Assembly: GCA_963746535.1 (NCBI GenBank)
Contig: CAVVBP010000007.1
Span: 752,319 to 816,318, forward strand
Reading direction: 5' to 3'
Source of the DNA: Vicinamibacterales bacterium
GTDB lineage: Bacteria > Acidobacteriota > Vicinamibacteria > Vicinamibacterales > JAMQPK01
Length of the DNA: 64,000 nucleotides
The position numbers and the translations under genes are program-made. Every line of letters begins with the position of its first letter. The stretch's first letter is position 1. The notes under the pieces are model-generated. The model was not told where the DNA came from and did no database searches. It saw nothing but the letters and a program-made list of their open reading frames with translations. Shown here in pieces: positions 58,373-64,000 of this stretch.

Positions 58373-58388
58373 TGGCACCGTCGTTGCT
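58373..58388 (+). promoter_or_regulatory. Consensus sigma54 promoter TGGCAC-N5-TTGCT upstream of the Tat flavoprotein gene
   Basis: TGGCACCGTCGTTGCT matches the RpoN consensus TGGCAC-N5-TTGCW at all specified positions. Caveat: the GC lies only about 19 nt before ATG 58406, so the leader would be very short. Confidence 0.55.
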
Positions 58389-58405
58389 CAGGGAGGGGGA
58401 CGCCC

Positions 58406-60208
58406 ATGAGCCGGAAGAGCGACAGCACGAACCGTTACACGCGGCGGGACTTTCTCGGCAAGACGACCGCAGCAGGTGCTGCTGCCCTGGCCAGCGCGAT
58501 GCCGGCGGCGGCGCAAGCTCTCGCGCCGCCACGGCGCTGGACTCGCGAGGCCGACGTGGTCGTCATCGGCTCCGGCGCGACCGGACTTCCGGCCGCCATC
58601 GCCGCGCGCCAGAAAGGTGCGTCGGTCATCGTCGTCGAGGCCAATCATGACGTCGGCGGCCACGCAATTCTCAGCAGCGGCAACGTGGCGCTCGGCGGCG
58701 GCACGTCGGCGCAAAAGAAATACGGCATCGACGATTCGTCCGACCTCCTCTACTCCGACCTCACCGACTGGTCCATCGTGGAACCCAACGGGTTTCCGGA
58801 TTATCGGTACAACGATCGTGAAATCATGCGCGCGTTCGCCGACGAGAGTGCCGCGACCTACGACTTCCTCGTCGGCAACGGCGTGACGTTCGTCGAGAAG
58901 GCTCCCGACAACAGCGGCGCCGGCAACACGGGCAACTCCGCCCCGCGGGAGAACCATTGTGCGCCCCTTGACTACCCGCTGATTCAGACCGGGAAGCCGG
59001 TCGATCCGGCCATCGCGCGCACAACCTCCGCCGGCATCGGCTTCGTCCGGCCGCTCGAGGCGAGCGCACGGAAACTGGGGGTGGAAATCCTGCTCAAGCA
59101 CCGCATGACCGCCATCTACCGCGAGCAGCCGACCTCAGGGCGTGTCGTCGGCATCGCCGTGTCAACCGAAGGCAAGACGCTGAACATCCGCGCGCGGAAG
59201 GGGGTCATCATCGCGACGGGCGGAGGCACCAGCAACGTCAATTTCCGGCGCATCTTCGATCCGCGTCTCACCGAGGAGTACTGCGGCGTCGCAGGCGAGC
59301 CCTACACACCGCAGGACGCGAGCGGCGAGCTTGCCGGGATGGCCATCGGCGCGTCGCTCTGGGGCGCGTACAACCAGTCGGCCGAGTTCGGCCAGCACCT
59401 CACCAAGGCAGGACGGATCGGCTGCCAGTATGGCTACGTCTCGATGATGCCACCGTGGGCGCCGACCAGCCCGATCTTCGACAAGGTCCGCGCCGTCGGT
59501 CTGCGGGTCGCCGACTATCAGAACGTGATCCTGGTCAACAAGGTCGGCCAGCGCTTTTTCGACGAGACGCAAGGGCAGTTCACGCAGAACAGCTACCAGA
59601 GGGTGAAGGACTACGTGCCGCACAGCTGGCGGAACGCGACGAAGATCAGCTACGAGCCTCGGAACTTTCTCAACGCCGCGCTGGCGGGCGTACGCGGCGA
59701 CGCGACCAACGGCGGCGGGCCAATCTGGGCCGTTTTCGATTCAGAGGCGGTGCAGCGCGAAAAGTGGACCGTGGCGTCTCCCTGGGTGGACGAGGCAGAG
59801 GGCTTCTTCTTCCGCGGGAACTCGATCGAGGATCTGGCGGCCAGCATCGCCAACAAGTACCAGACCAGGCCGATGTCCGCCGCCGCATTGGCGGCGACCG
59901 TCGCGCGCTACAACAGCTTCGTCGACGCCGGTCGAGACGAGGACTTCGAGAAACCCAAACCGAGGTACAAGATCCAGACGCCGCCGTTCTACGCCGGGTG
60001 GGCGACGCCGGTCCTCCACGATTCCCGTGTCGGACTCAGAATCAACGCGAAGTGCGAAGTGGTGGATCTGAACGGTCAGATCATTCCTGGTCTCTACTGC
60101 GGAGGTGAGTCGGCGGGCGGCTTCAGCCTGCACGGTCTGGCGCGTTGCGCCGTTCAGGGCCGCGCCGCGGGCCAGAACGCGGCCGCTCGAGTCGTGACGG
60201 CATCATGA
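58406..60208 (+). CDS. Tat-exported FAD-dependent oxidoreductase (fumarate-reductase/flavocytochrome-c flavoprotein family)
   Basis: Twin-arginine signal YTRRDFLGKTTAAGAAALASAMPAAAQA. ADVVVIGSGATGLPAAIAA dinucleotide fold. GGESAGGFSLHGLARC C-terminal family motif. Confidence 0.85.
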   Translation: MSRKSDSTNRYTRRDFLGKTTAAGAAALASAMPAAAQALAPPRRWTREADVVVIGSGATGLPAAIAARQKGASVIVVEANHDVGGHAILSSGNVALGGGTSAQKKYGIDDSSDLLYSDLTDWSIVEPNGFPDYRYNDREIMRAFADESAATYDFLVGNGVTFVEKAPDNSGAGNTGNSAPRENHCAPLDYPLIQTGKPVDPAIARTTSAGIGFVRPLEASARKLGVEILLKHRMTAIYREQPTSGRVVGIAVSTEGKTLNIRARKGVIIATGGGTSNVNFRRIFDPRLTEEYCGVAGEPYTPQDASGELAGMAIGASLWGAYNQSAEFGQHLTKAGRIGCQYGYVSMMPPWAPTSPIFDKVRAVGLRVADYQNVILVNKVGQRFFDETQGQFTQNSYQRVKDYVPHSWRNATKISYEPRNFLNAALAGVRGDATNGGGPIWAVFDSEAVQREKWTVASPWVDEAEGFFFRGNSIEDLAASIANKYQTRPMSAAALAATVARYNSFVDAGRDEDFEKPKPRYKIQTPPFYAGWATPVLHDSRVGLRINAKCEVVDLNGQIIPGLYCGGESAGGFSLHGLARCAVQGRAAGQNAAARVVTAS

Positions 60209-60651
60209 CATCCCGCGTGTTTGTTCTGGCGATGAGCGTCGGTCTCAGCAATCTCGCTGCTCAAGTACAAATGCCGGCTGCCACACCGATGATGGCGGCC
60301 GCCGCGCCGGCTGTGCGGGCGCAGGATTCACCGCCGGCGGCCTCCGAGCCGGAGTGTCTGAAATGCCATTCGTACGACGACGTCATTGCCGCAACCGTTT
60401 CTTACGCCACGAGGCGAGGCGAGAAGGTGAACCCGCACCGGTACGTGGAAGCCGGCAGCACCAGGGAACACTTCGGTCAACCGCACCAGGCGATCGGGAC
60501 CGAACACATTCCCCAGTGCATCAACTGCCACACCCCACATCCGATTCCTCCCACCGGCGCCGTCGATCGTTCCAGGATCAACGTCGAGTGGTGTTACTCG
60601 AGCTGCCACCACCAGAACGACTTCATGCGGTGCAGCATGTGTCACCAGTAG
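60205..60651 (+). CDS. Small secreted tetrahaem c-type cytochrome
   Basis: ATGA overlap with the flavoprotein stop. Signal peptide. Haem motifs CLKCH, CINCH, CYSSCH (CX3CH) and CSMCH within about 110 mature residues. Confidence 0.8.
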   Translation: MTSRVFVLAMSVGLSNLAAQVQMPAATPMMAAAAPAVRAQDSPPAASEPECLKCHSYDDVIAATVSYATRRGEKVNPHRYVEAGSTREHFGQPHQAIGTEHIPQCINCHTPHPIPPTGAVDRSRINVEWCYSSCHHQNDFMRCSMCHQ

Positions 60652-60677
60652 TGCCGCCGGCGAGTCAGGTTACCTGC

Positions 60678-62195
<1,518 letters not shown>

Positions 62196-62273
62196 GTCCC
62201 TCACGCCCCAAGCCTCAAGCAAACCATTGTCTCGCGTCCGGGCCAGCGATGAGCGCAACACGGGCTTCGGCCC

Positions 62274-62831
62274 TCAACCGATCTGTCCGACCACCGGGAT
62301 GTCTTGAATGCCCAGGTGCCTTTCGATTTCGCGTTCGATCGACAGGGCCTGTTCCTCACTCCCGAGGCTGCTGACGAGCGTCGTGTTCCGGCCGTCATGC
62401 GTGACTGCCCGGACCTCGAACGTCGAGGTGCTGCGCCCGCGACGGCTCTGGATGACGCGCTCCTGCGCGTAGAGCTGCTTCAGCTTCGATGCGTCGATTT
62501 CAGCATTGCCGAACCAGGGGATTGGCCGGTGGCGCACGGTCACCTTTCCGCGCCCGACGAGGATATGGGTGCGATTCAGCCACCCGGCGATCGCGTAATA
62601 GGTGACCCCGAGGCCGACGGCGACATGGACCAGGGGCAGGTATGTCGCCATGGTGTCTGCGCGGGGCGCCACGTTCATGTACCAGTTGATCAGGAATCCA
62701 TCCCAGAAGAGGGCAAAGCCGGTGATCGCCACGATCCGCCATTCGAACCACTTCCGCACGATCTCGATGTGCGAGCCATGATTGACGACATCCAGGCCCT
62801 CGGGCAGTCCGACCTCGATCCTATCGAGCAT
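62274..62831 (-). CDS. Membrane protein of unknown function (two TM)
   Basis: RBS GGAGGA. WRIVAITGFALFWDGFLINWY and LPLVHVAVGLGVTYYAIAGW hydrophobic segments. Confidence 0.6.
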   Translation of the reverse strand: MLDRIEVGLPEGLDVVNHGSHIEIVRKWFEWRIVAITGFALFWDGFLINWYMNVAPRADTMATYLPLVHVAVGLGVTYYAIAGWLNRTHILVGRGKVTVRHRPIPWFGNAEIDASKLKQLYAQERVIQSRRGRSTSTFEVRAVTHDGRNTTLVSSLGSEEQALSIEREIERHLGIQDIPVVGQIG

Positions 62832-62929
62832 GTTCGTCCTCCAGCCCTGGATCTCATATCGTGCGTTCCGGCCTGTCGCGGTAGCGGCCGGGACTCAGAC
62901 GCGGGCGTGAGGAATTGTGAAAATCGTCT

Positions 62930-63589
62930 CTACGGTCCTGCGCCGCATCCAGTGACAGACACTCTGGGCTCGAACCTGACAGGACTGCCGGACCCGTCGT
63001 TGTAGGACCAGTGGAGGCGACTGCTCACGTGGATCTCCGGGTAGCAGAAATCCACGAGCTCGATCAGGATGTGGCGTTCGCGTCCTGCAGGCAGCTCGGT
63101 CGCGCCGAGCCTGCCCGCATAGCGTCCGTGCACCCGCCGCGACGATCCCCGGCGCATGCCGACCACCCACGTCCCGACCAGCGCCTCGGCGTGCCGTTCG
63201 AAGAACGCGGGCTCGGCCACCGCGCTCGACGCGCGATCCCGGAACATGAATGTCGTGAGGTCGCGGTCGCGTCCGCGGAACTCGAATGATCCGAGCGGTG
63301 GATGCAGGAACGCCACCTCGGTCGGACCGATACGCACCGGCGGATCGATCAGATCGTCAACCGTCACGCGCACCGTGACGAGCGCGAACGCCTTGACGGC
63401 GTCTCCCGTGCCGGCGCCGACATCCTCGCACGATGCGGACGGATTATTGCAGCTCACTCCCGTGATCTCGGGGCCGGGATCGGTACCGGGCTCTCCGGGA
63501 GGATGCGGGTAGATCACCCGGCTGGAAGATCCGCACGCCGACAGCGCCGCGACGAGGACGACAAGAGCAAGCACACGCACGCGCGTCAA
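62930..63589 (-). CDS. Lipoprotein of unknown function
   Basis: Lipobox LVVLVAALSAC. The start is TTG 63589 or the nearby GTG. Confidence 0.6.
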   Translation of the reverse strand: MTRVRVLALVVLVAALSACGSSSRVIYPHPPGEPGTDPGPEITGVSCNNPSASCEDVGAGTGDAVKAFALVTVRVTVDDLIDPPVRIGPTEVAFLHPPLGSFEFRGRDRDLTTFMFRDRASSAVAEPAFFERHAEALVGTWVVGMRRGSSRRVHGRYAGRLGATELPAGRERHILIELVDFCYPEIHVSSRLHWSYNDGSGSPVRFEPRVSVTGCGAGP

Positions 63590-63636
63590 TCGTAACAGCC
63601 TGCGGCCTTATAATCGTGCCCTAAGGCCGACAGCTC

Positions 63637-64000
63637 TTGGCGACAGCCTGGCTTGCTCATCTCTACACTGCCACCGGCGGCGTGCTGGCCTTTCTTGCCG
63701 CGACCGCGATCTTCCAGTCTGATTACCGCCAGGCGTTCTTCTGGTTGTACGTGCAGGTGCTAATCGATGCGACCGACGGCGCGCTCGCTCGATTTCTTCG
63801 CGTGAAAGAGCAGCTGCCCTGGTTCAACGGCGCCAAGCTGGACGACATCGTCGACTACCTCTGTTATGTGTTCGTTCCGGCACTCATCGTGTGGCATGCG
63901 CATCTGGTGCCGGACGCCTGGTCCATGCCGGTCGTTGCCGCAATACTGCTTTCGAGCGCGTACGGATTCAACCGCGACGACGCGAAGACCGACGATCGGT
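63637..64000 (+). CDS. pcs: CDP-alcohol phosphatidyltransferase family, phosphatidylcholine-synthase-like (partial, runs off the right edge)
   Basis: Frame opens after TAA 63622-63624, with a probable TTG start at 63637. AHLYTATGGVLAFLA...FWLYVQVLIDATDGALARFLRVKEQLPWFNGAKLDDIVDYLCYVFVPA parallels rhizobial Pcs (H.LTASG..LAFL...VDGIDG..AR...VKE.LP...G..LDNIIDY..YV..PA). Confidence 0.6.
   Translation, partial: MATAWLAHLYTATGGVLAFLAATAIFQSDYRQAFFWLYVQVLIDATDGALARFLRVKEQLPWFNGAKLDDIVDYLCYVFVPALIVWHAHLVPDAWSMPVVAAILLSSAYGFNRDDAKTDDR

Overview
High-GC (spot counts about 63-68% in most genes) bacterial chromosomal segment. The gene content suggests an Acidobacteriota-like soil organism: a TonB-dependent receptor with an N-terminal carboxypeptidase-regulatory-like domain, and many signal-peptide proteins without recognisable families. 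This taxonomic call is inference only. I support about 55 protein-coding genes or pseudogenes. I found no rRNA, tRNA, CRISPR array or intact mobile element.

Recognisable functions are mostly envelope, redox and stress related:
- Redox and stress enzymes: KatG, bacterioferritin, a PQQ sugar dehydrogenase-cytochrome c fusion, a Tat-exported flavoprotein with a tetraheme cytochrome, an Fe-S L-serine dehydratase, an FAD/BBE oxidase and an ALDH7-type dehydrogenase.
- Channels and transporters: two MIP channels (one is AqpZ), a ClC channel and two AI-2E transporters.
- Regulators and others: a UbiB/ABC1 kinase, an ECF sigma/anti-sigma module and one sigma54-dependent activator.

Main observations from the hunt:
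1. A 106-nt module occurs twice, upstream of aqpZ and upstream of a tightly packed six-gene operon of uncharacterised envelope proteins. It combines an RpoN-type -24/-12 promoter, a conserved block and a distal palindrome. The operon encodes a secreted beta-rich protein, two paralogous membrane proteins, a DUF6152-like His-His protein, a secreted protein and cytochrome c'. This is my best candidate for an undescribed system.
2. A consensus TGGCAC-N5-TTGC promoter lies in front of the split flavocytochrome, and weaker sigma54-like sites lie in front of other operons.
3. An L-serine dehydratase carries a long Tat-signal extension.
4. Three tandem secreted bicupin-like paralogues sit in a lower-GC patch, next to remnants of a serine recombinase and an Mrr nuclease.
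5. A POTRA-less Omp85 barrel is translationally coupled to a 971-aa secreted protein.
6. Several genes have broken reading frames (TonB-dependent receptor, glucose-dehydrogenase-like gene, GH63-like glucosidase). These are either real decay or indel errors in the assembly.

All family assignments come from reading motifs in the translations. No database search was run.
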